This document shows, piece by piece, positions 33,648 to 48,600 of a stretch of DNA of 64,000 nucleotides (positions within the stretch are counted from its first letter, which is position 1; each line of letters opens with the position of its first letter). The notes under the pieces were generated by a model. It had not been told where the DNA came from. It did no database searches and saw only the letters and a list, made by a program, of their open reading frames with translations. Both the position numbers and the translations under genes were made by a program. The stretch lies in NCBI GenBank assembly GCA_964188305.1, contig OZ076889.1; one strand, given 5' to 3'. The stretch comes from Podarcis bocagei. Its lineage: Eukaryota.

Positions 33648-36600
33648 AGAGGCGAAGCAAGATGTTCTGCTTGTGCAGGGATCATAACCGGGGTTAGAGG
33701 CAGGTAAACTTACAAGGACAGGTCCTCAGCTTCCTGACGCACGACGCTAACTCTGCTTTTCTTTGGCAAAACTGGCGAGTTCTGGTCAGAGACTCTCTGG
33801 TAGAAGAGCATGTAGGCATTCCAGTAGCGGCGGCGAACATCAGGATATGGATTTGCTGCGAAGAAGAGATATCCTTATAGTTGACTGACCTGATTCTTGC
33901 AGCAGGAATACTGGCCTAACTACAACTTTCAGGCAGTTGTTAATGGAAATCTACACATTCCAACGGGGAAAGAATAAATTGCTGATTAAGGGGGTCAACA
34001 AGCAACATTTTCCATGGCATTTTATTTTCCGAAGGCAGGTGGCTCACTTCCGTTTCACGTCAAACATTTTTCTCCCCCCGACCCCCGGGCCAAGAAAAGC
34101 AGGTCTGTGCAGGAAACAGCATAGCACTGATATGCATGCATGCTTCACAGTGTGTGTGTGTGTACATGCACAGAAGCAATACACTACACATCACACGCAC
34201 GTTTCACGTTGCTTCCTACATGGTAATGCCTTCTGTGTAGAAAAAGCATGTGTTTGTGTAGCAACTCTGATCACACCAGTAACACTCTTCAGTTCTCAAT
34301 TTGTTAAGGAGCCATATGAAAAGAATAAAAAACAACAGGACAGCAACCATACAGTATCTGAGTAATATTATTAAATTTTTCTGAAGATAGATGCCAAACT
34401 TCCACATCAGCATCTGTGATCCTGTAACTCAGCCCTGAAGTGAGTAAGACTTAAAGGAGGGGAAAAGTGATAATGGAACACAAAATTTATACTTACACTG
34501 GTCATAAACTTTGGGTCTATACTCTCCGCCAAAGCATTCATACTCCAAAGTTTCATCATTCAACTCAAATTCTTCAACAACTGTGTCATTGAATTTGAAC
34601 CATTTTCCTTTTCCACATCCCCTGTTGGAAACACACAGAAACACAAGCCATGTTCACTGTCAAAGATGATGGCTTAAAAATCTCAACCAAGTTTCCTAAT
34701 AGCTTTCCAATTCTCATGGCTACCAAAGAGATAATCTGCATTGAGAATGATTTCATGTTAAAATCAAATATGGAACAAAACAGATCTGAATATAAAGGGA
34801 TCAGAAATCATAGCAAGATGGCAGACACATTCACCACCAGTCTGTTTCATACAATGATTCAAACTTTATAAAGATCATCCCTCCTGTCACACACATCCTT
34901 TGAAAGGAAGATTCTGGTTTTGTTTTAAGCCAGAGCTACCCCATTACATTTGCAAAAACTTTCAAGCATCCTGGTATACTTTCATAAAGGTAGAGGTAAA
35001 GGGACCCCTGACCATTAGGTCCAGTCGTGACCGACTCGAGGGTTGTGGCACTCATGTCGCTTTATTGGCCGAGGGAGCCGGCGTACAGCTTCCGGGTCAT
35101 GTGGCCAGCATGACTAAGTCGCTTCTGGCAAACCAGAGCAGCACACGGAAACGCCGTTTACCTTCTTGCTGGAGCGGTAGCTATTTATCTACTTGCACTT
35201 TGACGTGCTTTCGAACTGCTAGGTTGGCAGGAGCAGGGACTGAGCAACGGGAGCTCACCCCATTGCGGGGATTCGAACCACCGACCTTCTGATTGGCAAG
35301 TCCTAGGCTCTGTGGTTTAACCCACAGTGCCATACAGAGGTTTAAAAAGTGCTATACAAAAATGATGCATTTGCCAATAGGAGTTTGCAAGTTTAACACT
35401 GCATGGTCTTAGCTGCTTTAAAGTACTCCAGCAAAGAACTAGAAGAGCCCACCCAGAGCAGACTTTCTCTTTACCGTCTGTCTTTGATAAAGGAATAGTA
35501 GTGCCCTGCATGGGCCTGACCGCTGTGCACGATCACCCCAACCAGCTCATAGTTTTCTGTAGGGGCCACTTTCTTCCGTGGGGATCCTGCGCCTCCCTGA
35601 TCGACGTGTCGCCCATTGTCGCCAACTTCCGAGGAAGAATCTTGCCGGGCCATTCCTGAAACTGTATAGGGTTCCATGTTCAGCATCCAGGGGAACTGTT
35701 TGAAAGGAAACACTTCCGATTAAATTTAAACCTGAGCCCTATTACTTGCTTATAAACCTCCTGTAATTACCTAAAACACAGGGCGGCTAACCTTTAAAGG
35801 CTGAACACAGGAAATAGTTTATGGGATGCAGAGAGTCATAGAGCAAACCAGAAGGTTTGTCTGTTTTTCCAGGACTCAGAATGGAACTTCCGATTTTTTC
35901 CAGTGAGGAAGATTATGGACTTCAGCTCAGAAAGCAAGTCACAATCACTTCTTTTGAAACTCTGCAAGCACCGTTAGTAGTTAGGGCAGGTAATGTCAAA
36001 GGCCTATCAGAGGGACAGAGATACACCGTGGGCAACATGCATACTTGGAACAGAATAAATAATGGTGAGAAGTAAAGATTCCATTCCAGAAAATGCCTTT
36101 AGAGAAATAAAAGAGCAGCTGTGCTTACCTTTATCTGTTCATCGTACTTAATGGAACGTCCACTTTCCCAATCAAATCCAAATCTCATGAGGTGGATCAC
36201 CAACAAGCTAGGCAGAGCTTTAATGCACGTCCGCTTTACTGTAGTTCTCTTAAAAATAGAAGAGAGTCACCTCCAGCTACTCATTTTAGCATCAGGGAAT
36301 GCATACTTCCTGCTCACTGTAGAGAAGTTTTCTTACAATTATGGATTTAGGTTGATAGACTAAAAGAGCAGGAAAACTATTTTCTAAAGACTAACTACTA
36401 ATTCCTTATCAAATCATTTACAACACGTCTTTTTTCAAAGGCAAAAACTTTCAAACATACAAATGTATGGATTCTGCTTTGCCTAGGACACCAATATTCT
36501 GAAGTGACCCCCCCCCCAATATATATATATACTACCCTAGTACTCATCGAAGGAAGCGCAGAATATCAATGTGATAAAGACAAGAACACATTAAACTTGA

Positions 36601-39600
36601 GGGCTTGGACTAGACTCATTCTCCAGATCTCTAAGTGTACTAACACACCCTGGGTTGTCTCTCTCTTAGAATTTCACAGGTATTTTAACTGTCACCAGGG
36701 AAGTGGGGGAGAAGCATTACCTTTTCTTTACATTTCTCACAGTAATATGCATTACTTCCTTCCAGAATTTCTCCTCTAACAAACTGATCCAATGAAATTT
36801 CCAGGCTTTGACATGAAGTGACTCCTAGATTGAGAGCCATAAAGGCTTCCTCTCGTTCATACCTACACCAAATTGGATAATGAAAAAGGGTTAGACTGCA
36901 ATACTACCAACTCTATTGTTTCATGGTTTAAGAGATGTCTCTTTTTGGCAATATCTCTAACAGTCAAACCCACTGCAGACATGAGGCTTATCATCTCCTT
37001 TGATGGTTTACAGAGCAATCTTAAGTGTAGAAAATCTTAATTTACACTGGCTTAAGTTAAGCCTATTTCCAGCTCTGTAAAGGAAGAATATGATTCACAC
37101 CACCCATTTTGCTGGCTAAATTCTGCTGGGTTGTGAGGCCACATGACTTAATTGCAAGGGGTTTGGAAAAGGTCTAAGTCTCTCCTTGCCCTGTTCTACC
37201 TCTGCCAGGCCCTCAGAATGCCTCCCTTTTTTGAGACTTCTGTCGGCAACCCTCTACCTCAGACAGGGTGAAAGACTTCTGCCAGCATATCCCCAGCTGA
37301 GGAAGCCCAAAATCTGCCAGAACCAAACCCATTCATCCCAGAGGATCTTGAGTTTGGATTGTGCTGTAAGACGGCAGGCTATAGACTCATGGCTCCATCC
37401 CATCCTCCCTGCAATTTCAATCCTGGTGAGAGTTTGCTGCTTAAAAACTAGCCATGGTCACTATTTATGAAGAATTAAGAAGTAGTTTAATTACAGATGC
37501 AACACTAACCATATTGACAAGAAAATGGGGTTGGGGGTGTCATACAGGATAGGGGAGGCACGTGCCATAGAAACAGACCTATGGAAGCCTTCCTTCACCT
37601 GGCAGCCTCCAGAGGTTTTGGATTCCAAATCCCATCAGGCCCACTCAACATGGCCAATGATCAGGGATGATGGGAGTTGTAGCCCAAAACACCTGGAAGG
37701 CACTAGGTTGGGAAAGGGCTGGACAAGAGACTTCCCAGTCAGACATCATTTGCTAGGAACATGTTTTCCGTATTTGCAACCAAGCTGCTGTGTTTTATTT
37801 CTACTTTTAAAAATGAAGAATTGGCAATGGCTCGTATAAACCCTAACCTATGAGAATTATCAAGGCTTGAGAAATTAATTTAGAAATCTAATGCAATGTG
37901 TTGACTGAGAAGCGATCGGGCTCCTCTCCCACATAATCCAGAGAAGGGAGGATAGAAATGGTTGAGCCTTGAAAGAGCTCTGTGCTGTTGCAGAGCAGGC
38001 AGGGTTAGGACTGGGTAGGCCATATCCCATGGAATGTTGAAAGCTGCCAAATGACTGACATGGCCCTGCCTGTGGAAAGGAGAATTCCATGCCTGAATCA
38101 TGCTAATCTGAAAGAAAAAGTTGAGGGGGGAAATCGGCCATGTACTTACAAGAGTTTTTTCTCCTTTAAAATGAAGTCACTGAATGGCACTAAACAAAGA
38201 TGAAAATCAAGTACTTCGCCTACAATGTTCCAGTAGTTAACATTAAGAGTTCTTTTTTCCAAGTAGGCTACCCGTAACTAGGAATAACCTAGTTAAAATT
38301 CACCCACCTATGAGGACAGTCCTTGCAGATTTTCTGATCAGAGTAGATTCCCTGGAAAGTGTTCTTAAATATTTGGTCTCGCCCTATTTTCTGTAAGAGA
38401 TAAAAAAATGCTAATAGCAACTGGCTTATACATGAAGCGGCTGTTAATGAAAAGAATTACTGTGTAATTATAACACCATAACAAACATAAAAATAACCTT
38501 GAGGTACTCATCCATCTGATCTATAAGACTTGTGAAGAACTCATAAGCATCTTGTTGTTCACGCACATAGAGCTCCTTGTTCCACATCTTGAAGATCTAA
38601 AATATAAAACGTATTCCATAGAGTCACTGCTTTAAGATACTGAGACTCTTAAGGATAGCAGATGCATCTTAGTTCCCTGGAAAAAGCTTGCCTCCTAGTG
38701 GAAGGAGAGGAGAACATGCCAGTGATCTGCACCACTGGATTGTGACCAATAGGGAGAACTATATATTACTGTCCTACCTTGGAAGTCGAACGGAATCAGT
38801 TCTGGAAGTCCATTCGACTTCCAAAACGTTTGGAAACCAAAGCACGGCTTCTGATTGGCTGCAGGAAGCTCCTGCAGCCAATCAGAAGCTGTGGAAGCCC
38901 TGTTGGACGTTCAGCTTCCAAAAATAGTTTGCAAACTGGAACCGTCGCTTCCAGGTTTGCGGCATTCGGGAGCCAAAACATTTGAGAACTAAGCTGTTTG
39001 AAAATCAAGGTACGACTGTATATTCAAACAGGTAAGAGCCCTTTTAGTATTGCTGCGTTTCAGTATGTTTAGACCGAAATCTACATGTTAAAATTGGGGG
39101 TGGGGAGAATTACCTTCCAGAAATTTTCAGGTATGTAATACTGCAGCTTGCTCTCCATTAAGTGACCAAAGAGTGACTGAACTTGATAGAACACATTGTC
39201 ATCAGGATTGTCCATGTCATCGTCAATCGAAAGCAATGCCTTTGGAAACAATTGACAAGGAAAGTTACTGAAAATGCATCACACTGAGGAACAGTTCAAT
39301 TTTGTCAGGAGTTGGTAAGAGCAGTAACAAAGATATTTAATATTAATATTCAACATACCCAAAGCTTCCTTATTAGCTATTCCCACCTTCAACAAACATA
39401 CTGGTTAGGAAGATGGAAGGGACGAAGAGTAGGGCAACATGGCTGGCCTCATTGAGAGGCTTCTCACCAAACTGCACTACCTCAAAGGACTGGAATTCAT
39501 TCTGTCCCCTTAAAGGAACAATAAGGAGGAGAGATCACAAGGCTCCCGTATCTGTCCTCCAAGCAAAGCAGAGCAAGAGCCTGGGCTTCAAATGCCCCTG

Positions 39601-42600
39601 TGCTCCAACTACGGCCCAGCTGGGCCCAGAGGTATTCTTCAAAGGAAGGGGAAAGAGGGCAGGCAAGCTCCAGCTCTGTGTTTAGCCTCCAAACCTTTTC
39701 AGAGAAGAAAAGGAATCCTGCTGCTGTCTGGGAGGCTTGGGGATGATGGACCAATTGTGTGTGTGCTTCTCCTGTTGTTTTGTTTTAGGTGCTTGTGTTT
39801 GTGTGCAATTTGCTTTTGTTGTTTGGGGCTGGGTGTTCTCCTTGCTTTTAATTATTTCCAAAGTTATGCTTTTTGTCACTGCTGGGGTATGCGTGTTTTG
39901 CCTGGTTTTTACTGTGTTTATTTTGTGATGTGTGTGTTTTTCTGGGGGTGTTGCATGTTTGTTTTGTCATCTACACAAGTGTTTTGCCTGTGTGAGCGTC
40001 AACAGTTTTTATTCTGTGACATGGGCATTTTATGGTGTCCCAGAAAGTTTTGGATTTCTAAATGTGCCTGAGCCAAAACCCCACCACCAAGGTTAGAGAT
40101 CCCCTCATTTACTGCATATGACTCTCAGCCTTGTAATTTCTGAACTAGGTAGTTTTGGATTTACCTCAGAGTTGTGGCCCATTTTCATGATTCAGCACTC
40201 CTTCCTTCCCAGAGTCCATACTATATGTGTGAAGTTAACAGGCATTCCAAAAGAATTTGCTTTAAGAACAGTAAATAAAGATTACCTCGGGAAGTCCTGG
40301 CTGCATATAGAGCTGTTGGAAGACTGCATTCATGTAACATGTTGCACCTCCATTTTTTAGCCCCACAAATCCTGAAATGGATCGACCGTCTACAGGTGGG
40401 AGATACTGGAAGATAGGGAGGCAGAGAGCAGAAATTTGTAGCAAAGAAGTTTTAAAGAATGAATGGATATAATTATTTGAAAAACTGAATATCCAAGAGA
40501 CTTTCTGAAAGTATTCATTATGGTTCCTTCCAATGCTACAATTCTATGACTCTCATTATTTAATCCATTCTGAAGATCTGACACTTAGTTTCACATATAC
40601 ATAGCTGGAGTGAAAAAAATTACTTCCATTGAAGCAACGCACTTACATCAAATTCCTTGGAAAGAGCTGGATCAAGCTGGTGATGCATAGAGAGCAGCTC
40701 TTTTGTAATAAGCTGTAGATTTGAAGGCGAGCTATCTGCCAGCATCACCAGCACTTCATATGCTGCTAATCGGCTATTCACTGTACTGCACCTAGAAGGG
40801 AGCAAAAAGAATTTGTTCATGCTGCATATTCAGTTTTCATACTAGCAAGATATATCAAATGACCTACTTCCAATAGTTGCCAAAGGGAATCCAAGTAAAG
40901 TTTAATGCCCATCTGTGCAGTCCAATTTTAAAACCGTTCAGGGCATTTTTATTTCCTGGACCAGTGGATGTTATTTATTTTGCAGGGGAAGGCAAGGAAT
41001 AAAACAAGTCTGTGTGCTTATCATTCCCTCCTAAAGAAAGGGTGGTTCCAGGATGTAAATAAAATGACACTTAAGCAGAAAAGTACTTAGATTTCTGCAT
41101 AAAATCCCAAGCTCAGTGGCTAAGTTACACCCATAAGAGAAATTTACGAAAACAGTTAACCCGATTTCTTTGTTTCTGGGTATGACATTCAACATTTTGA
41201 GGGAGTTATGGACTGTGATAATGCACGGGTTAGTTACACCAGCCCTATGGTCCAATAAATTGTTCAGATGCCTTTCTGCTTCTGAAAGAGGAATTGAGCT
41301 TTGCTTTTTAAAACAACTGAGCCCTTTGGATTTTGTAATGGACCGATTATACCCATTCAAATTATGCACAGTAAAAATAAATAGTTCTGGAAGAGCATTT
41401 AAAACATTGCTTAATAATCTTCAAGAATCTGAAATGTGATTCTCTACAGATATGGAACATCATGTTCTAAAAATGTAATAAAGGACATGAGAGCAATATA
41501 GATGATTTATAATTGAGTAGTATTTCAATATGTTTCTTAATAGCCTCTCTCAGGAACCACATTTATTCTCGGTTATTTAATTTCTCGGCACACTCAAGCA
41601 CTGCTTATGAAGTTTACTTTAATGTCTTTTTTTAAAAAAGGAAATTGTTCCATTCTGCACAAAGCTGATTGACTATTCAAGGATGGTAGATCCGAGCCCT
41701 CTGTGCTTCTTTGTTTAATACAACAAAAGTCCTCATGCACTCTTTACTTTGGATGAAAGTCTTGCTGAGTGGCAGCCACACTGCCAGCTGGAGAATGGCT
41801 GTTCAGAATAATCCTAGATGCTCGGAAGAGGAAGTCATCTAATAATGGTTTGATCAAAGATGAACCTATAAAGGAAATAACACTATGTTCAATGTTGACC
41901 GTTACATGATTTATAATAAATGATCATGCAAGAAAAAGGTGTCCAGTGAGGGACCATGCTTTTCCTATCATCTCCACTTAAACAGGTCATAGGAAGCAGA
42001 GCTGAGAAAGGTCTTACTGGATAACTGCTGCCAGTGTCAGAACAGATAGCTTCACCTTGGCGGAACACAAGCCGGACTATAGCAGCTTTCACTGTATTTA
42101 AAGAGCACCACCACCAAAGTTTCCCCTCCCTTTACTAAAACAACTAAGCAATCATTATCAAATGGCATCACATGTTGTTCCTGTTTTATTGTAAGCTACA
42201 CATATAGCTATTAGCACCCCAGATAACTGTTATTTTTGTTCTAATTGTCTAGTTTATGACCAAAGCACTACGAATCAAATGTGGAAAACAGCAAATAATT
42301 TTCATTTAAGACCACTGCTATTTGAAGTATGTTCTAAGCAGGCAGGAAAGTGAGACAACCTCTGCTCACTCAGGTCTTATCCTAAGAGATAGTTGTTCAT
42401 ACTGCCAAATTTGCTGCATTTGCTTATTTGCCTGAAAGCTTAAACCTTGCTCCACAAAGGAGGTGAAGAACCATTCTCTTTCCACTGTGAAAATTAGAAC
42501 TCTTGTTGCCCATGGCAACCAGATGCAAGCAGCCTGACCTGACAAATTAGGAATTCTGGTGACCTGAAGCCTGAGCGATCTCAGCAGCGAGGAAGAAATC

Positions 42601-45600
42601 ACTAGGTTTAACATTGTAATGACACAACTAAGCACTGAAAGCAAGTTACCTAGCATTTCCTTCTCTGTTCCGCAAAGTGACAGGAGGGTCTTAATGAGCC
42701 TCAAATGTCCCGCCAACAACACATTGTCAGCTTCACTGGTTTCACATTCAGCTGCACGGGTAGGTTCAAAGTTATCCAACCACGTGATCTCATCCTCCAA
42801 CATAGCAGCTGGGCTAATCTTTAGCTGTTCCATTTCTGAAGCTAGGTAAGAAAAACCACATGGGTTAAGCTTACAGAACAGATGGACAAACTTAGGTTAA
42901 CATTTTGTTTCATATAAAATATATCATTTAGCTTAAAATGAACACAGAATTACTTTTTGGAAATGAAATGTCAAGACACAGGTAAACATTCCTTTTTTTA
43001 AAAAAAAAAAGTTATTATAAAGGCAAATAGCATTTTTTTTGGCTCTTTTGCCTTTCTATCACTTGCTGATACTCCTACATACATCCCCTAGTGGCAAAGA
43101 ACATGCAAGCATTATCCTGGCCACTTTTCCTAGTTCTATAAAACAATGTGAAAAAAGCCAAAGTGGCTCTTGTATGTTATTTCCATCCGCAAGAAAGTTG
43201 AATGCTATGGTAGTTGTAGTGTGTAGTTTCTTATGGTCTTGAAAAGGTAGGAAATGGTAATAATAATACATTTATTATTTATACCCCGCCCATCTGGCTG
43301 GGGTAGTACTGCTACCCACCTGTGTGCTCAGAGTCAACTACTAATCATTTGAGACAATTAGACTGCACACTAAAACTAAAGAGAAGACCCAGGCAAAAAG
43401 TTCATGAGAGAGGCAGATGATCTTTCACTTGACCTCTGAAACAGAGTTTTTGGCCCATGCAAATACAGTCCTGCACAGAACTACAAGGACACAAAGAATG
43501 AAGGAAGGATAAGAATCCAAGACAAACACATTTCTCTCTCTCCATAAGCGCAATCAATATTAATTCTTGACTCAACTTCGATGGCACTGGTTACCATGTG
43601 GATAAGGGACATTTTCTTATGGTACATTAAGTTTCAAGCAGTTTTGATTCCTATTACTTACATGTGAGATCGTCCAATAACTGGCATCTAAGGTCAAAGT
43701 ACTCTGTACACTGGGACAAAAGCCTAAAAGCAAATTCAGGAAATTAATACTGGGAGGGGGGGGAATCTCAGAAGCATGCAAAATATTTACAGAAACCTTT
43801 ACTTTCCCAGGTACCATGTACACATGCAAGATGTTTATTCAGCCCTAGCCAACATGTTGACTTACATTCTATGCTATAAAACAAAGGTTTACTTTTATTT
43901 TAAGTTCACAGTAGTGAATTGTTTGTAATGATGATCATCATTCATCCCAGAATAATATGTTGAAATGCTATCAGCTTAAAATCCGCTTCTCTGAAAGCAG
44001 ATCTGGGATTTGGTGTTCATATTTAATGTTTAACTTTTAAAGCAAACATTGCTGCACATTCAACATCATGGATGCTTATGTTCTTATTGAAAATCAAATG
44101 GTAACAGGAAGAAGACTGAAATTTTGTTATTGGCATGTATGTAATTTTTAAACAGAACAAAAAACCCCCACAGCACTATTGGTTTTTTGTGCATTTACTA
44201 TGATCAACAAATCTAAAAGTAAGTTAGCATAGTATGCTGGCTGATGCTACTGCCTCCAAATGCTTATCCTCTCTTTGTACTGGGTAGACTGTGGTTCAAT
44301 GCTGCAGTATGATTCAGTAACTTCCTGGCTATTCAATTCCTATTCAAGCAACCACAGGGGAAATCCTAACTTCTCAGTTCACTTCTAGCACTCCCCCCCC
44401 CCCCGGTTTCACAGGTTTTACTGCACTTGTCTTAAATAAGCATTTAAGACAAATGCTTATTTTTAATTCTTACATTCTCTATTGAACAAACATGCCTCCA
44501 ACTTGCCTCTGGTTGACGCCTCTCATGATGCTGGTAGGTGACCAGAGCGGCAGCTGAGCGGTAAGGACGACACTCAAAAGAAATTGGTTTGGTTTTTGTA
44601 TATCAGGGTGAGCTGATGTGTCTGTCTGACTGAGGGTATACAATTGGTCACAGGCCACGCGACGAATCTGGAACAGGGCAGAAGCACATGTCAGATCACA
44701 AAACCTAATACCACTGTCTTAGAAGACTCTTAAAACACCCAAGTTACTATCGTAATTTGTCCAAGCTAGCTGAGACAGACAAGCATGTAAGGAACAGAAG
44801 TGACCATGCAGGCTCTTTCTCGAGTGGGCACTAGGGCAGCACCAAGTGGTTGTCGTCCTCCAATTGCTCACTTGAGGCAGGAAAAAATGTCATCAATCCA
44901 TTGCTGCTTTTGAGGCAAATCTTAGTTTCAGTTTTAAACTGGCACATCTGTATAAAGTATGATAAAAAATGCTTGCAGTTAATTTAATTCCCAGAAGTCT
45001 GGTCCTCTAAAGAACACAGCTTTCTCATCCTAGGAACTTGCTTGCTTGAAAGTCAGTGGCATATCCTAAGTAACTTCATCTGTAGCAAATGTTTTTTCAG
45101 CTGCCACTGGCATGAACACTTGGTCCATGCTACAGGGCAGAGCATGCAAGAGAACTGCTCTGAATATAAATGCAAGCACCTTACCTCTGCACTTGGCGAG
45201 CCAAGTAGTATGTCTATGATAAAGTCAGCAACACAAGGGAGGTTGTAAAAAGATCCTAAGAAAAACACAATGTGGATTGTCACAATTTGTTTCGTGAGAA
45301 AGCACTATAGTACTTAATACTCCTAGTATTAAAATATCATTGGGAAAATCTAATAGAATCATTAGCGTTATATGGCGTTACAGTAAAATGTGGGTGCCAG
45401 ATATAAGCAGAGGTTGAGAGAAAGTAAAAACAGAGTTGGATGGTAACAAATTGGGACTGGGTCTTTGTGGCTCAATTGTATGTAGGGTCAGGAAACAACA
45501 GAAAAGCTTCATCCACTTCTCTCAAACCTACCTAGCTGCTGACTGCGGAGCTGTAGGCATGTAACTAAGAGAGACAAGGCCTCTCCTGCAATCAGTGCAT

Positions 45601-48600
45601 CTTTGGTGGATACAGAATGCTGCCTCACACAGATCCCAGCATGTAGAGCTGTTGGTTCTCCTTCACTCCCTGAACTGCAATTGCTTCCTGCAATATGTTA
45701 ACAAGTGACAAAAGATTAAAAGAAGTGTAGATCTCTCAAGTTAGGAATGAATAGCTACAGTTGTGATAAAGTCTTATGAGCAACACAGAGCTGAGGTCAT
45801 TGCCCAATCTCAGCTGTTTCAATTCTGTTAAGTCAGCGGTGTACCTGAGCTGCTAAGACGGTTACGAATGCCAACAGGGAACAGCGTGTTGCTTTCTTTG
45901 ATCGGCTGACTGCTTCCCACCAGGTCAAGCCGCCCTGCAGCCGCCGCCCATGAGAGTCGCATAAAACAAGCAACTGTGGAAGTGAAGTCATTTGCTTCCA
46001 TTGTCTGGGGAAAAAAAAAAAAAGAATTCTTGTTCAAGATACCAATGTGTTAGGCCAGAAAAGCACTTACACGTGACACCAAATCCAAGGAACATAGTTG
46101 GAAACAGGAGAAAAACTCTGGTTTTCTGGAAGTGTAGCATTTTTTAAAAAAGGTACTAAAATTCTGCAGAGGGGATGTTTGAGCTCTGCCTTTAGCAGGG
46201 CTACTGCTACCACATTAGACCTACTTACTTGGATTGCAACCCGTGCAGCAGGAATGATCTCCTCCACTCTGATAGAGGACCTGTCTGACACAGATAGCTG
46301 GCGATAAGAGGACTTCTCTGGGGTTCCACACATTGACATCTGCCTGGTAGTCTGCCGGCTCACATTACGGAATGGGCGTGACGATAGTGTTTCCACTCCA
46401 TGTTTAACAATATCGTCATCAAGAAAGGTAGGCATGGTTTGCCCAACAAGCAAAAACCTAAACATAAAAAAATTGTGCTGTTTTGAACAGTGAAGGCACT
46501 ATGTACCTTAGGAAGATGAAACACTGAGCAGATTAGGGTCATGCATATCTACTGTTGAAAAATCAATCACATACCTTGCCAGCTGCAGACAGATTGAATA
46601 AACTCCCTGTCTTGTTTCATAATCCACTTCTGATGGGATGGAGTCTCTCTGCATAACATTCACCACCAAACTGGAAAATAAATTTAGAGATTTTTAATTA
46701 AGACAAGAAACATATAACACATGTAGAAGTCTGTTGGTTGAAAATATTTCCCTGTATTGATGAGGATTAATATAATGTGTTAATCACTTAAAACAAAGCA
46801 GCCTCACTAACACTATCACTAAATCCGGGGGCCAGTTGATAGGCTCCACCAAATTCTGACTATCAACAGGTGAAACGGGGGAAAGCAAGGGCTCTGATGT
46901 AAATCAACTTTTTTCTGCACTCCACAATGTTCTGGACACTGATCCAATGACTGTGCCATCACAATAATGGCAGCACCTGTCACTTCCTTGCTTTCTGTGG
47001 TCCAAAGGCATACTCTTCTGTTGGCATGTTATGGCTCAGTTGGTTAGAGCATGGTGCTGATAATGCCAAGGCTGCAGGTTCAATCCCTGTATGGAACAGC
47101 TGCATTGCAGGGGTTTGGACTAGATGATCCTCAGGGTCCCTTCCACCTCTACCATTCTATGATTCTAAGCACACAACCACTGGAGACTAGAAATATAAGC
47201 AACTCTCATTTGCTGGTCAAGTACTGAACTGCAAATATGCTAAGAGATGACATTTAATACTTACAACCTCCAGCTTATTCTTTTTAAATTCTAATCAACT
47301 ATTTAAATTTATTATGACTTTATCAGTAGGGCATAGTTAATGCCATCTCAGTGCCTCAAACTATCTACTCCCATTCAAAGTTAAGTGCAGATTCAATGGT
47401 CAATGGCATAGTACTATCTGTTATCCTCTTTGACAAAGCATTTTCTGCAAACAGATTTTGGGAGGACAGCACCAACCACTGAAAGCAGTATTGAAAAAGC
47501 AAGGATATCCAGGTTCCGCTGCAGTTTTGGCACCTCTTTGTGTAGGATGTGCGAAGAAAGGCTTATGGAAGTGGAAAGGTAACAGGAAAAAACCCTTGCT
47601 GCAATTTATTCAACATCATACACACAAAGAAGGCAAACTACCTAGTGTAATTTATGCTGTCCCCATGGTATTTGGAATAGCTGCTCGAATACTACTATTG
47701 AGAGCACCATTTACAGATACGAGTATTAAATGTATACTGAGTTGAGAATGCTTAAAGGCTAGTTCTTGCACAGCTGGAAGGTTCCACTTCAGAGTATTTC
47801 TTTCAACTAACCTCAAGCCACCTGCTCTGAGAAAATTTTCACAGAAAGATTTGGCACAATTTCTTGCCATTTCATCATCCGCTGTAGGCATTAGCTTGGA
47901 ACTCAGGACCTGAAAAATATTCAGACTTTAGGTAAGTGGCAGAGTTTCAATGGAGCAATACACTAAGCCCCTCTCTCACCCAAAGTATGCTCAGCTGGTC
48001 AAGAGTTCATATTACACTCTAACACTGCTACTCAGAATTAACTCACCATCCTACGGCACTTGGTCATCTGAATTCAATGAGACCTTTCAATAATGTTAAT
48101 TAATTCTTTTATCAACACCTGTCATATAATTAAGAACATTAACACAGTCAGAGGTCCTTGAATACTAACAAAGCTTTCACGAAGTGTGTTTCAAGGCCCA
48201 TGACAATCCCTGTCATTTCAAGAGAGAAGGTATGGTATATTTACATAGTATGTGAAAAGAATGGAAGATAAGGAACTACAAGGTGGTGAGGGAGTGCCAT
48301 GCGACCTGGTAAACAGATGTTTAGGTAGTTGCAAGAGAGCAGGATCACTACTATGGAAACCATGCAAAAATATCCCAACTGTGGACAACTGGAAACACAG
48401 TGTCACTACAGCAGAGTTTCATCTTAAGAGAATTCAATGACTCCTTTTTGTTTGCTAGCACTGTGTGTATTCTGCATGTTGGCATGCGGCTGCAGGTGTT
48501 TTTTGTTTTTTTGTTAGTCTGGGCTGCTTTTTATTACCATATTTTTTGCTCTATAGGACACACTTTTTCCCCTCCAAAAATTAAGGGGAAATGTGTGTGC

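Noticed and set aside
33868-33877. ATATCCTT, a U12-type donor motif
   Set aside because: On the strand opposite USP24 and not at an exon boundary.
39592-40071. 159-aa Cys/Val/Phe-rich ORF
   Set aside because: Translation of a low-complexity GT-rich repeat.
47032-47100. tRNA-Ile gene
   Set aside because: Acceptor stem is missing and the head is fused to a CR1 tail, so it is a SINE.
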